Positions 63,906 to 64,000 of a stretch of DNA of 64,000 nt are shown here, one piece after another. The stretch comes from Amoebophrya sp. A120 (Eukaryota > Protista > Dinoflagellata). The position numbers and the translations under genes were made by a program. Location of the stretch: positions 8,662,179 to 8,726,178 of the forward strand of contig CAJINV010000003.1 in the NCBI GenBank assembly GCA_905178155.1, read 5' to 3'. The notes under the pieces were generated by a model. The model was not told where the DNA came from. It did no database searches and saw only the letters and a program-made list of their open reading frames with translations. How positions within the stretch are numbered: position 1 is the first letter of the stretch; each line of letters opens with the position of its first letter.

Positions 63906-64000
63906 ATCCATGCAAAAAAATGATCCCGGACAGTTGGAAAAGCAAAAATAAAACTCCCCCGCCCTAGTATCGCTTTCCTTTTTACTCATTTTTTTTTTTT

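Noticed and set aside
63989-64000. Terminal T-run as the polyA of a retrocopy
   Set aside because: It is at the window edge and upstream of an MDH exon, so it is most likely an intronic A-tract.

Overview
Eukaryotic, intron-rich DNA in which every recognisable gene lies on the minus strand. The architecture resembles that described for the parasitic dinoflagellate Amoebophrya; that assignment is an inference. The dominant signal is an introner-like system. About 33 elements of 120-790 bp interrupt coding sequence. Each has terminal inverted repeats (TIRs) ending TAT...ATA (variants TGT...ACA, CAT, TTT) and is often flanked by a 5-bp direct repeat (DR). Removing the element plus 5 nt restores the reading frame at the junctions I tested, including inside conserved enzyme motifs where no AG acceptor is available. 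Applying this rule by hand joins the fragmented ORF track into a few genes: (1) a ~3,800-aa, 16-exon membrane-anchored protein (1807-17362) with repeated SFLE motifs; (2) an MCTP-like C2/TM/DysF protein; (3) a single-TM helical protein; (4) a nitronate monooxygenase whose hidden last exon supplies a peroxisomal AKL signal; (5) a membrane protein fused to a GT32-type glycosyltransferase; (6) malate dehydrogenase, 5'-truncated by the window edge. Also present are a 1.5-kb block bracketed by a 60-bp direct repeat with an internal hairpin tandem array, and a CTTCWGAAG palindrome cluster. All gene models are manual and need RNA-seq confirmation.
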